DNA of 61,743 bases from an uncultured Iamiaceae bacterium (GTDB lineage: Bacteria; Actinomycetota; Acidimicrobiia; Acidimicrobiales; SKKL01): contig CAZAVX010000002.1 of the NCBI GenBank assembly GCA_964488835.1, positions 56,243-117,985 on the forward strand. The letters run 5' to 3'. How positions within the stretch are numbered: the stretch's first letter is position 1; each line of letters begins with the position of its first letter. The notes beneath the pieces are model-generated. The model was not told the origin of the DNA. It worked only from the letters and a program-made list of their open reading frames with translations, and searched no databases. Shown here piece after piece: positions 46,439 through 56,191 of the stretch. Both the position numbers and the translations under genes were made by a program.

Positions 46439-47803
46439 GTGACGAGGGCGGGCGAGGTCGGCTTCACCGACCTCTACGAGTTGACGATGGCCGCCGCCTA
46501 CCACGAGGCGGGCCACACCGGCGAGGCCACCTTCGACCTCTTCGTGCGGTCGCTGCCCGCCAACCGACAGTTCCTCGTCGCCGCCGGCCTGGCCGATGCC
46601 CTCGACCACCTCGAGGCGCTCCGGGTCACCGACGCCGAGCTCGACCATCTCGCCGGCCTCGACTGGGTCGACGACGAGTTCCTCGACCTGCTCCGGGGGC
46701 TGCGCTTCACCGGCGAGGTGTGGGCGATGCCAGAGGGTGAGGTGGCATTCCCCAACGAGCCGCTGCTGCGGGTCACCGCGCCGATGATCGAAGCCCAGGT
46801 CGTCGAGACGAAGCTGCTGAACCTCGTGAGCTCCCAGACGATGATCGCGTCGAAGGCCGCCCGGGTGGCGCTCGCCTGCGCCGGTCGCACCTTCGTCGAG
46901 TTCGGCGCCCGACGCACCCACGGCGGCGACGCGGCGATGCAGGCGGCCCGCTCCGCGTGGATCGGCGGGGCGGCGGGCACCTCCCTCGTGGCGGCCGGCG
47001 TGCGCCACGGCATCCCCCTCGCGGGCACGATGGCGCATTCCTTCGTCATGAGCTTCGACGAGGAGCTCGATGCGTTCCGGGCGTTCGCACGCCGGTTCCC
47101 CCGACGCGCGGTGCTGCTCATCGACACCTACGACACCGAGCAGGGCGCCCGCCACGCCGTGCAGGTGGCCCGCGAGCTGGCCGGCGAGGGCGTCACCATC
47201 GGCGGGGTGCGGCTCGACTCGGGCGATCTGCTCCGGCTGTCGAGCGCGGTGCGCGCCATCCTCGACGAGGGCGGCCTCGGCGACGCCACGATCTTCGCCT
47301 CGGGCGACCTCGACGAGTACCGCATCACCGAGCTGCTCGCCGCCGGCGCCCCCATCGACGCGTTCGGCGTCGGCACCCAGCTCAGCACCAGCGCTGACGC
47401 ACCCACCATCGGCGCGGTGTACAAGCTGGTGGAGGACCCGGGCGGGCCGAAGATCAAGCTCTCGGCCGACAAGGTGACCCTCCCGGGCAAGAAGCAGGTG
47501 TGGCGGGTCGGCACCGCCGAGGGCGACACCCACGACGTCATCACCCTCGCCGACGAGGAACCGCGGCTCGCCGAGGGGGAGACGGCCCGACCCCTGCTCG
47601 AGCGGGTGATGGCGGGCGGTCGCCGCGTGGGCACCGACCCCTCCATCGACGAGCTCCGCGACCGTCGACACCGGGCGGTGTCGCGGCTGCCGAGCCGACT
47701 GCGCACGCTCCAACAGCGCGAGCAGCCCTACGAGGTGCATTGGTCGCCCGGCATCCAGGACCTCGTTCGCCGGCTCACCGAGCAGCACACCGTCTCGGAC
47801 TGA
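46439..47803 (+). CDS. pncB: Nicotinate phosphoribosyltransferase
   Basis: 454 aa. The N-terminal segment FTDLYELTMAAAY and later GTSLVAAG ... GTMAHSFV ... DTYD ... GVRLDSGD are typical of NAPRTase. Confidence 0.9.
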   Translation: MTRAGEVGFTDLYELTMAAAYHEAGHTGEATFDLFVRSLPANRQFLVAAGLADALDHLEALRVTDAELDHLAGLDWVDDEFLDLLRGLRFTGEVWAMPEGEVAFPNEPLLRVTAPMIEAQVVETKLLNLVSSQTMIASKAARVALACAGRTFVEFGARRTHGGDAAMQAARSAWIGGAAGTSLVAAGVRHGIPLAGTMAHSFVMSFDEELDAFRAFARRFPRRAVLLIDTYDTEQGARHAVQVARELAGEGVTIGGVRLDSGDLLRLSSAVRAILDEGGLGDATIFASGDLDEYRITELLAAGAPIDAFGVGTQLSTSADAPTIGAVYKLVEDPGGPKIKLSADKVTLPGKKQVWRVGTAEGDTHDVITLADEEPRLAEGETARPLLERVMAGGRRVGTDPSIDELRDRRHRAVSRLPSRLRTLQQREQPYEVHWSPGIQDLVRRLTEQHTVSD

Positions 47804-47839
47804 CCTGCCCCACCTCGGGCCCTGGTGTCGCGGGCCCGT

Positions 47840-49153
47840 TCAGCCCACGCGGGTGATGTGCTCGTTCGACTCCGAGAACGAGACGAGCACCCATCCCCGC
47901 GACCGGCCCTGGGCGAGCATCCGTGTCCAGTGGGCGTGGCCGCCGGCGTCGGGGGCGCGACCGAGCACGTTCCGATAGAGGCGTGCGACGAACGCGCGGT
48001 CGTCGAGCGCGCCATAGCGCTGGTGGAGCTCGGGCGACGCCGCGAAGTACGAGGCGATGTCGACGAGGGACCGCCCGGCCGCGAGTTGGCCGGTCCAGTA
48101 GCGGAGTCCGCCCGGTTCGGGCTCGCGCAGGAACGACGCGAGGTACAGACGGCGGACCCGCGCGGCGCGCTCGGGCGCCAGGTCGACCTGGCGCGCCTGA
48201 CCGGAGTCGGGGTGCACCATGAGCGGCGACACGTCGACCGCCTCGAACCACCCGGCGGGGATCGACTTCAGCTCGCGGATCACCTGTGGGTCCCAACCCT
48301 CGTCGGCGGCGCCGGTGACGTACCAGTTGCTCCCGTTGTCGGCCACCACCGCGCCATGGGTCTGGAGGGCTCGCAGCACGACCTGGGTGTGGGGGTGGAA
48401 CCGGGAGACGTCGACGTCGGCGCGCAGGCGGAACCAGGCACCCATCGGCGGGAGCGACGGGTCGGAGGCCGCGCCGGCGTGGTGGCGCGCCGGCCAGAGG
48501 AAGCTGCGGTCGGTGCGCGACGCCGTGATGCGCAGCGCGTGGTCGATGTGGCCGGCGTGCACCTCGTCGAGACGGAGCAGGCCGGGGAGGATCGGCAGAC
48601 CGGCGGCGTCGGCGGAGGTCCAGCCTCGGGGTCGGAGCGAGTTCGACCGCAGATCCCACACCGCGCCCGAGCCGGCGCGGGGTGCGCCACCGTTCCACTC
48701 GACGGCGTAGAGCTCGTAGAGCCGACAGGCATCGCGGTCGACGACGAGAGCGTGGCGGTCCGAACTCCGCTCGACGGGGATCGACGGGCCGAACGGGTAC
48801 GGACCCGGGTCGCTCTCGGCGCCATAGGTGAACCTCACCGGCACGCGGGGGAACGACGAGTCGACCACCGCGTAGGGGATGCCGTAGGGACGGCCGTTCT
48901 CGTCGGGTCCGAGGTCGGGGTGGAGGCGGCGCTCGGGGCCACCCATCGAGGCGATCCACTGGGCGCTGCGGGGATGGACGTCGAGCCCGCGCACGTCGGC
49001 GTGCCAGATGCTGTCGGCCGGGAACAGCGGACAGTCCGGTGCGGTGGGCACGGGCGCTCCCGCGGCCGGCCCGACGGGCAGGGCGCTCGCGACCGCGGCG
49101 AGGACGACTACGACGACGGCTGCGACGACGAGGACCTGACGACTCCTTCGCAT
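47840..49153 (-). CDS. Secreted protein with an uncharacterised N-terminal domain and two C-terminal DUF4214 repeats
   Basis: ATG at 49153 within ORF 47840..49765. Signal peptide VLVVAAVVVVVLAAVASA. C-terminal repeats LYLASFLREPEPGGLRYWTGQL and LYRNVLGRAPDAGGHAHWTRML match the DUF4214 pattern. 437 aa. Confidence 0.75.
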   Translation of the reverse strand: MRRSRQVLVVAAVVVVVLAAVASALPVGPAAGAPVPTAPDCPLFPADSIWHADVRGLDVHPRSAQWIASMGGPERRLHPDLGPDENGRPYGIPYAVVDSSFPRVPVRFTYGAESDPGPYPFGPSIPVERSSDRHALVVDRDACRLYELYAVEWNGGAPRAGSGAVWDLRSNSLRPRGWTSADAAGLPILPGLLRLDEVHAGHIDHALRITASRTDRSFLWPARHHAGAASDPSLPPMGAWFRLRADVDVSRFHPHTQVVLRALQTHGAVVADNGSNWYVTGAADEGWDPQVIRELKSIPAGWFEAVDVSPLMVHPDSGQARQVDLAPERAARVRRLYLASFLREPEPGGLRYWTGQLAAGRSLVDIASYFAASPELHQRYGALDDRAFVARLYRNVLGRAPDAGGHAHWTRMLAQGRSRGWVLVSFSESNEHITRVG

Positions 49154-49239
49154 GGTGTTCAGTCGGCGCGACAGCGGTTCACCTTGATCTCCGGTACCGC
49201 TCGTGGGGGTCCCGACGGCTCCGGGTCGGTCGCTCGCCG

Positions 49240-50013
49240 TCAGCGGTGCTGCCAGTCCGGCGGCCGCTTCTCGACGAAGGCGGTCATGCCCTCCTGGGCA
49301 TCGTGGAGCTGGCTGGCAGCCGCCATCACCTCGATCGCGTAGTCGTAGGCCTCGCGCTCGCCCATCGAGAGCTGGGTGTAGAGCGCCCGCTTGCCGAGCG
49401 CGCGCGAGGCCGCGCTCCCGCGGGTGGCGAGTGCGAGCAGCTCGGCGACCGCGGCATCGAGCTCGGCGTCGTCGACCACCCGGTTCACGAGCCCCCACGC
49501 CAGCGCGGTGTCGGCGTCGATCTCCTCGCCGGTGAGCGCGAGCTCGACCGCCTGCTTCCGGCCGATCGAACGGCCGATGGCGACCATGGGAGTGGTGCAG
49601 AACCAGCCGCCCCGTCCGCCGGGCGCCCCGAAGCGCGCCGAGCGTGCCGCCACCGCGAGATCGCAGGCCGCGACGAGCTGGCAGCCCGCGGCGGTGGCGA
49701 GGCCGTGCACCCGGGCGACGACCACCTGGGGGATGTCCTGGAGCAGCAGCATGAGATCGCTGCACCGGCGCAAGAGGTGCCGCATCGCCGGCAACTCGGC
49801 CCCCCGCATGGCGGCGAGATCGTGTCCCGACGAAAAGACCGGCCCGTTGCCGGCCACGACGAGCCCGGTCGCGTCGCTCGCACCGACCGCCTGCACCGCG
49901 TCGAGGAGCTCCTCGAGGTGTTCGAGCGACAGGGCGTTGCGGCGGTCGGGGCGGTTCATCGTGACCGTGACGGTCGACTCGTCCCGCTCGACGGTGATCA
50001 GCTCGTAGCCCAT
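49240..50013 (-). CDS. Enoyl-CoA hydratase/isomerase (crotonase) family protein
   Basis: ATG at 50013 preceded by GGGAGGGGA. Motifs VTMNRPDRRNAL, GPVFSSGHDL and GLATAAGCQLVAACD. 257 aa. Confidence 0.85.
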   Translation of the reverse strand: MGYELITVERDESTVTVTMNRPDRRNALSLEHLEELLDAVQAVGASDATGLVVAGNGPVFSSGHDLAAMRGAELPAMRHLLRRCSDLMLLLQDIPQVVVARVHGLATAAGCQLVAACDLAVAARSARFGAPGGRGGWFCTTPMVAIGRSIGRKQAVELALTGEEIDADTALAWGLVNRVVDDAELDAAVAELLALATRGSAASRALGKRALYTQLSMGEREAYDYAIEVMAAASQLHDAQEGMTAFVEKRPPDWQHR

Positions 50014-50100
50014 GGTCCCCTCCCGGCGGCGGAGCCTCACGATGGTGTTCAATCGGTCGACTGGGACACTAGGGCCGACGCGCGACCGGGAAGGTCACGA

Positions 50101-52173
50101 ATGCACCAACTGGGGGCCAACAGGCGGGGCGAGGCGACCGACGAGCTCGCCGCCGCGCCGGTGTGGCGGGCGCGGGTGCTCCAGGTGCTGCTGGGTGTCA
50201 CCGCCGTGCTCGGCACCCTCGTCGCCATCCCGAGCATCGGCTTCGCCCTCTCGATCGGCGAGTGGGGCATCGCCGCGGTCGACACCGTGGCCCTGGCCGT
50301 CGTGGTGGTGCTGGCCCTCCGGCGCTCGCTCTCCCACGGGGTGCGGGCGGTGGGCCTGCTCGCCGTGTGTTACGTGCTCGGCGTCTTTCTCTTCGTCGTG
50401 GTGGGTCCGGTGCTCTCCGCGTACTTCCTCGCCGTGCCGGTGCTCGCCGCGGTGGTGCTCGGCACCCGCGCCGCGGTGGCCGGGCTCGTCCTCAACACGG
50501 TCACCATCGCCGTGCTCGGCCTCTTCGCGCCGATCGATCCGTTGGTGATCACCGACGAGCCGGTGAGCGACACCGTCAGCTGGCTGGTGGTCACCGCGAA
50601 CTTCACGTTCGTCAACGTCATGATCACCGCCTCGGCCGCGGCGCTGCTCTCCCGCTTCGAGCGGTCGCTCGCGCTCAACCGCCGGCTCGCGCTCGCCGTC
50701 GAGCAGTCGCCCGAGAGCATCGTCATCGCCGAGCCCGACGGCACCATCGTCTACCGCAACAGCGCCGCGGTCGACCTGCTCGGCGACGCGGCAGCGGGCT
50801 CGGCGCTGCTCCACGACCTGCTCGCCGGCTCCGACCCCCCGCTCCCCTACCCCCTCCCGACCGATGGCTGGACGGCGGTGGTCACCGCAGGGTCGGTGGC
50901 CGAACCCAGGCTGTTCGACCTCACCCTGCTCCCGGTCGCCGAACGGGAGGGCGGGATGCAGCTGGTGCTGATCGTGCGCGACGTCACGGGCGAGCGCGCG
51001 GCCCAGGAGGCCGAGGCACGAGCCCAGCGCCTCCAGGCCCTCGGCACGCTCGTGGCCGGCACGGCCCACGACTTCAACAACGCCCTGGCCTCGATGGTCG
51101 GACAGGCCGAGCTGTTGCGGGCCGAGCTCGACGAGGACGCGCGGGCGTCGGTCGACGGCATCCTCCACACCGCCGACAGTGCCCGTGGCGTCGTCCGCCA
51201 GCTGATGGCGTTCGGCCGACTGCGTGCGGGCCAGGACGAGCTCACCGACATCGGCGCGACCATCCGGGCCGACCAGCGGGGACTCGCCGCGTTGGTGCCG
51301 TCCGGCATCCGGTTCGAAGTGACGACCGTGCCCGGCCTGCTCGTGGCGCTCGCCCCGTCGGAGATCCACCAGGTCGTGACCAACCTCGTCACCAACGCCG
51401 TGCACGCGCTCGAGGGCCGGGGCGAGGGGACGATCCGGGTGACGCTGTCCGAGGAGCCCCACGACGACGGGTCGAGCGCGTCGCTGCTCGCCGTGCTGCG
51501 CGTGAGCGACGACGGGGCCGGGATCGACGCCGCCCTTCTGCCCACCGTGTTCGACCCCTTCGTGACCACCAAGCCACCGGAGAAGGGCTCGGGCCTCGGC
51601 CTCGCCAGCGTCCACGGCGTGGTCACTGCGGCGGGCGGCGCCGTGGAGATCTCGTCGCGCCCCGGGGAGGGGACGACGGTGACGATCTCGCTGCCCGCCG
51701 AGCACCAGGCCGCCACCTCCGGCGCGGCGGACCCCAACAGCGAGCCGGGCGAGGACGACACGTCGAGCTCGCCACGATCCGATGAAGGGCTACGGGTGCT
51801 CGTCGTCGACGACGAGTCGTCGATCGCGTCGAGCACCACCCGGCTGCTCGAACGTCGGGGCTATGCGGCGACGGCATGTTCGGATCCACAGGAGGCGGCT
51901 CGGATGCTCGAGGCCGGCGAGCGGTTCGACATCGTGCTCACCGACGTGTCGATGCCGACGATGAGCGGCCTCGACCTCGCCGACCTCGCCCGCCGCCACC
52001 TCCCCGACGCGACGATCGTGGCCATGTCGGGCTACGGCGAGGTGATGAGCGACGCCGACCGGGCCCGGCTCGGCATCGCCGCCATCATCGACAAGCCCTT
52101 CGCGATCGACGATCTCGTCGCCTGCCTCGACACCGCGCACCGCACCCGGACCGGTACCAGCCGTCAGGCGTAG
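50101..52173 (+). CDS. Hybrid sensor histidine kinase / response regulator (multi-TM N-terminus, PAS, HisKA, HATPase, REC)
   Basis: ATG at 50101 within ORF 49039..52173. About 6 TM helices. PAS-like region (SPESIVIAEPDGTIVYRN). H-box AGTAHDFNNAL. N/G boxes (NLVTNAVHAL, DDGAGI, GSGLGLA). Receiver domain VLVVDDE ... LTDVSMP. 690 aa. Confidence 0.9.
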   Translation: MHQLGANRRGEATDELAAAPVWRARVLQVLLGVTAVLGTLVAIPSIGFALSIGEWGIAAVDTVALAVVVVLALRRSLSHGVRAVGLLAVCYVLGVFLFVVVGPVLSAYFLAVPVLAAVVLGTRAAVAGLVLNTVTIAVLGLFAPIDPLVITDEPVSDTVSWLVVTANFTFVNVMITASAAALLSRFERSLALNRRLALAVEQSPESIVIAEPDGTIVYRNSAAVDLLGDAAAGSALLHDLLAGSDPPLPYPLPTDGWTAVVTAGSVAEPRLFDLTLLPVAEREGGMQLVLIVRDVTGERAAQEAEARAQRLQALGTLVAGTAHDFNNALASMVGQAELLRAELDEDARASVDGILHTADSARGVVRQLMAFGRLRAGQDELTDIGATIRADQRGLAALVPSGIRFEVTTVPGLLVALAPSEIHQVVTNLVTNAVHALEGRGEGTIRVTLSEEPHDDGSSASLLAVLRVSDDGAGIDAALLPTVFDPFVTTKPPEKGSGLGLASVHGVVTAAGGAVEISSRPGEGTTVTISLPAEHQAATSGAADPNSEPGEDDTSSSPRSDEGLRVLVVDDESSIASSTTRLLERRGYAATACSDPQEAARMLEAGERFDIVLTDVSMPTMSGLDLADLARRHLPDATIVAMSGYGEVMSDADRARLGIAAIIDKPFAIDDLVACLDTAHRTRTGTSRQA

Positions 52174-53666
52174 CGCAGGCGCTCGTCGTCGAGGTCGGCG
52201 GCGGGCAGCACCTCCCTCTCCACGTCGTAGTCGTGGAGGAGGCGCCAGGGATCGTGCGGCCCCTGTTTCGGCATGAGGTGCATCGACCGGGTGAGGTAGC
52301 CGGGGTTGAAGTTGTCCGGGTCGACCCACGGACCGAGCGTCATGTCGGCCTCGTGTTCGGGGACCTGCGGGACGACGATGCGGGCGCCCTGGGCGTCCAT
52401 GTGGCCGAGCAGGCGGCAGACGAAGTCGGCGATGAGGTCGGCCCGGAGGGTCCAGCTCGCCCGGAAGTACCCGAACACGTACGCGAGGTTCGGGACGCCG
52501 GTGAACATGATCCCCCGGTAGGTGACGGTGTCGGCGAAGTCGATCTTCTCGTCGTCGACGACGAAGTCGATGTCGCCCATCACGCTGAGATCGAAGCCGG
52601 TGGCGGTGATGACGACGTCGGCCTCGAGGAACTCGCCCGACTCGAGGCGGATGCCGGAGGGGGTGAACTCGGCGATGTGGTCGGTGACCACGCCGGCCTT
52701 GCCCTCGCGGACCGCGGTGAACAGGTCGCCGTCGGGGAGCACGGCGATGCGCTGCTGCCACGGCCGGTAGCTCGGGTTGAAGTGCCGGTCGACGTCGAAG
52801 CCCTCGGGGAGCAGCGGGCGGATGGTGTCGATGAGGTACTGGCGCAACAGCTCGGGCGCCTCGAAGGACAGGCGCGTGATCTCGGCCTGGTCGTGGAGGA
52901 TCTTCCGGCGGACGATCTCGTGGGTCCACTCGTCGGGGATGTCGAGCTGACGGAGCGTGTCGGCGAGCTCGTTGGTGTTCGGCCGCACGAAGAAGAAGGT
53001 CGGCGAACGCTGGAGCATCGTGACGAACTCGCAGCGCCCGGCGATGGCGGGGATCAGGGTGGCGGCGGTGGCGCCCGAGCCGATGACGACCACTCGCTTG
53101 CCGGTGAGGTCGAGGTCGTCGGGCCAGGTCTGGGGGTGCACGACGGGGCCCTCGAAGGTGTCGAGACCGGGCCAGTCCGGGGTGTAGCCCTCGGCATGGC
53201 GGTAGTAGCCCTGGCACATCCAGAGGAAGTCGGTGGTGTAGCGGAGCTGTTCGCCGGTGTCGGTGCGGGTGACCTCGACGCTCCACTGCGCATCCGCACT
53301 CGACCAGGTCGCGGAGGTGATGCGGTGCTGGTAGCGGATGTACTGATCGAGATCGTTCTCCTCGATGACCTCGCCGAGGTAGCGGAGGATCTCCTCGGCC
53401 GTGGCGATCGGCGAGCCCTTCCACGGCTTGAACCGGTAGCCGAAGGTGAACAGGTCGCTGTCGGAGCGGATGCCCGGATAGCGGTGTGTCCACCACGTGC
53501 CGCCGTAGTGGTCGAGGGCGTCGAGCAGCACGAAGGTGGTGCCCGGCCGTTGGTGCAGCAGGTGGTAGGCGGCGCCGATGCCGGAGATCCCGGCACCCAC
53601 CACCAACACGTCGACGTGACCGGCCTCGGTCGGCGCGACCGGGCCGTCGATCACGGCCTCTGACAT
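52164..53666 (-). CDS. Class B flavoprotein monooxygenase (Baeyer-Villiger monooxygenase-like)
   Basis: 500 aa. FAD motif VLVVGAGISGIG. BVMO-type fingerprint FEGPVVHPQTW. Second dinucleotide motif VVVIGSGATA. The 3' end overlaps the convergent kinase gene by 10 nt. Confidence 0.8.
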   Translation of the reverse strand: MSEAVIDGPVAPTEAGHVDVLVVGAGISGIGAAYHLLHQRPGTTFVLLDALDHYGGTWWTHRYPGIRSDSDLFTFGYRFKPWKGSPIATAEEILRYLGEVIEENDLDQYIRYQHRITSATWSSADAQWSVEVTRTDTGEQLRYTTDFLWMCQGYYRHAEGYTPDWPGLDTFEGPVVHPQTWPDDLDLTGKRVVVIGSGATAATLIPAIAGRCEFVTMLQRSPTFFFVRPNTNELADTLRQLDIPDEWTHEIVRRKILHDQAEITRLSFEAPELLRQYLIDTIRPLLPEGFDVDRHFNPSYRPWQQRIAVLPDGDLFTAVREGKAGVVTDHIAEFTPSGIRLESGEFLEADVVITATGFDLSVMGDIDFVVDDEKIDFADTVTYRGIMFTGVPNLAYVFGYFRASWTLRADLIADFVCRLLGHMDAQGARIVVPQVPEHEADMTLGPWVDPDNFNPGYLTRSMHLMPKQGPHDPWRLLHDYDVEREVLPAADLDDERLRYA

Positions 53667-53784
53667 GGGTTCCCCCTCTCGACCCTCGACACCGGTCGAG
53701 CTCCGGTGCCGGGCGTGACGCTACTCGAACGACGTGGACGCACGATCCAGGACCTTCCCCGCTCCCCCGCTGCGCTGCCCCGCC

Positions 53785-54516
53785 TCAGCCCGCTCGCACC
53801 TCGGCCTGCACGCCCTCGGCGGCGAGGGCGGCGACGGCCGTGTCGAGGTGGGCGCGGCTCGCTTCTGTCCAGCGCCGGGCGATGGGTCGGGTGCCTGCGT
53901 GACGAAACCCGAGCACCATCACCCGTGGCGCTGGAACGAACCGGGCCAACCACCGGCCGGTGGCGGCGAGCTGGTCGGGCGTGTCGTTGACGCCCGGCAC
54001 GAGGAGCAGACGCACCTCCTCGAGGAGATCGAGACGGTGGAGTTGCTCGATCGACGGGAGGACCCGCTCGTTGCCCCGCCGGGTGAGGAGTTGGTGCACC
54101 TCGGGGTCGAGGGCCTTCAGGTCCACCATCGCCCCGTGCATCCACGGCGCGAGCTGGTCCCACACGAAGGGCTCGGCGTCGCCGTTGGTGTCGACGAGCC
54201 GGGAGAGGTGGGCGGTGCGGTGGTCGGCGTCGAGGGCGACGAACAGGTCGCGCACGAACTGCCACTGGGTGGTGGCCTCCCCGCCCGACACGGTGACGCC
54301 CGCGAGGAACGGCGCGACGCTCGCGATGTCGTCGACGAGCTCGTCGACCGAGCACCACCGGGTGGTGGCGTTCGAGCGGCGCGGGATCGTGTGGGGGTTG
54401 TGGCACGCGATGCAGTTGAACGTGCACCCCTGGACGAACACGACGTAGCGGTGCCCGGGCCCGTCGACCACCGAGGACCGGACGACGTCAGCGAGCAGGC
54501 CGGGTGTCGCGCTCAT
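53785..54516 (-). CDS. yjjW: Glycyl-radical enzyme activating protein (radical SAM; YjjW-like)
   Basis: ATG at 54516 within ORF 53785..55035. VDGPGHRYVVFVQGCTFNCIACHNP contains the CxxxCxxC radical-SAM cluster motif typical of PFL-activase-type proteins. SGGE motif (VTVSGGEAT). 243 aa. It overlaps the upstream gene by 29 nt. Confidence 0.8.
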   Translation of the reverse strand: MSATPGLLADVVRSSVVDGPGHRYVVFVQGCTFNCIACHNPHTIPRRSNATTRWCSVDELVDDIASVAPFLAGVTVSGGEATTQWQFVRDLFVALDADHRTAHLSRLVDTNGDAEPFVWDQLAPWMHGAMVDLKALDPEVHQLLTRRGNERVLPSIEQLHRLDLLEEVRLLLVPGVNDTPDQLAATGRWLARFVPAPRVMVLGFRHAGTRPIARRWTEASRAHLDTAVAALAAEGVQAEVRAG

Positions 54517-56041
54517 GGCTGCGGATCCGCTGGGGGACACGGGCGTCGAGGTGGGCGTGCTCGAAGGAGCCGCGTCCGAGCACGGTGCTCGAGTGGCGTG
54601 CGGGGGCGTCGGCTCCCTCGCCGGTGACCTCGGACCGTCGCACGAGATAGCCGGTGATGCGGACGAACTCGCCGTTGGCGATCTCGAAGGTGACGTCGCG
54701 CATGCCAGCCGCCATCGCGCCCTTGACGATGTCGACGGCGGCCTGGGGATTGCCCGCGACGGTCTCGTCGAGTCGGACGATGTCGCTGATGCCCGACGGG
54801 CAGTACCGGTGGTTCGGCGCGACCGCCTGGATGTGGCGGTAGAGGTCGGGCTCGTCGCCCGCGGGGAGTCGGAGGCCCGGCGTGACGTCGAGATCGGAGT
54901 CGAGCCCGGCCTGGCTGTGGAGCAGGGGCCGACCACCGGTGGCCTCGCAGTGGGGCATGTCGAGGGCCTCGACCTGGTGGGCGGCGGCGCGCACGATGAC
55001 GTGGGCGAGGGCGTCGGCGTGGTCGTCGTGGCCATAGCGGCCCGGCGTGCCGTCGAGGTCGAGGAGGTGCTCGACGCATTCGGCGAGGCCGAAGAGCCCG
55101 AACATCGCGGTGAACCGGTCTGGGGTGAGCAGTCCCTCGTGCACCAGCCACGAGTGGTCGAAGAACCGAGCCTGCTCGACGATGTGGCGGATGCGGGCGG
55201 CCATCAACTCGGCGGTGAGCTCGATGTATCGCGGCAGCGTGTCGGTGACGAACCGGGTGGCCGGGCCGCTGTGCCGGCGGGCCGCCTCCTTCAGGTTGAG
55301 CCGCACGAGGGTGTACGACCCACCGCCCACGGGCAGCGAGTTGTAGCAGCTCACCACCCCGTAGCGCTCGCCCAGGTCGGCCACCATCATCCAGTGGTTC
55401 ACGAGGTGGGGCTGGGCGGACGCGACGATGGTGCGCACCGCCTCGAGCAGCAGGTCGTCGGGGGTGACCTCGGGATCGACCCGCATCGTGAGGTTCGGCA
55501 CCACCTGCGTCGCCGTGCGGTGCACGTCGAGCGCCGCCCGCACCACCCGGCCGTCGCCCGGACCGAGGTTGCCGTGGGCGAAGGCGTCGGGGAAGAGCCG
55601 GTCGAGCAGGATCCAGAACCTCCGGAGCCGCGCCCGGAGCTCGTCGTCGTCGAGCTCGACGGCGAAGGGCTCGAGGAGCCGATCGAGGTCGCCGAACCAG
55701 ACCGGGTAGCCGGTGATCGACGGCACCCCGCCGTAGAGCGCGAGCAGGAACGTCGTGGCATCGTCGAAGGACTCGGGCGGGTCGAGCTCGAGGAACTGGC
55801 TCCCCTGGGCCATCGCCCGCTCGTAGTCGGGCAGCGTGTAGCGCGGCCGGTACGGGGCGTTGCCCTCGAACAGGTCACAGACGATGCCCTTGTCGAGGGC
55901 GGCGGCACAGGCCGGGCTCACCTCCGGCGGCTCGAGCAGGTTCTCGGCCGCGGTGGCCAGCGCCTGGACGCGCTGCCGGTAGGTCAGCGCCCCGTCCTCG
56001 ACGATGGACCGGACGAGTTCACGATGCGCGTCGAGTCCCAT
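54488..56041 (-). CDS. yjjI: Short glycyl-radical enzyme of the YjjI (DUF3029) family, function unknown
   Basis: 517 aa, much shorter than PFL-type enzymes. A C-terminal glycine-radical loop FVRITGYLVRR (RVxG-type) is present. It is immediately followed by, and overlaps, a dedicated activase, as with E. coli yjjI-yjjW. The family call rests on size, motif and synteny, not on a search. Confidence 0.7.
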   Translation of the reverse strand: MGLDAHRELVRSIVEDGALTYRQRVQALATAAENLLEPPEVSPACAAALDKGIVCDLFEGNAPYRPRYTLPDYERAMAQGSQFLELDPPESFDDATTFLLALYGGVPSITGYPVWFGDLDRLLEPFAVELDDDELRARLRRFWILLDRLFPDAFAHGNLGPGDGRVVRAALDVHRTATQVVPNLTMRVDPEVTPDDLLLEAVRTIVASAQPHLVNHWMMVADLGERYGVVSCYNSLPVGGGSYTLVRLNLKEAARRHSGPATRFVTDTLPRYIELTAELMAARIRHIVEQARFFDHSWLVHEGLLTPDRFTAMFGLFGLAECVEHLLDLDGTPGRYGHDDHADALAHVIVRAAAHQVEALDMPHCEATGGRPLLHSQAGLDSDLDVTPGLRLPAGDEPDLYRHIQAVAPNHRYCPSGISDIVRLDETVAGNPQAAVDIVKGAMAAGMRDVTFEIANGEFVRITGYLVRRSEVTGEGADAPARHSSTVLGRGSFEHAHLDARVPQRIRSHERDTRPAR

Positions 56042-56191
56042 GCGACCAGCGTGCGCACCCGCCCCCGCCCGGTCCAGGGTCGAACGTCCCGACTCCGGCC
56101 CTCTCGGCTCGTCTGTGGTCAGTCGTCGACGTGCCCGTCAGCGGGGAGCTCGCGGCCTCGCGGATACGCTCCGGCCCGAGAAGGGAGGCCG

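Noticed and set aside
47864-47879. Inverted motif GTTCGACTCCGAGAAC, resembling LexA half-sites.
   Set aside because: The half-site polarity is wrong (GTTC...GAAC with 8-nt spacing instead of GAAC-N4-GTTC), and it lies inside the 3' end of a coding region.
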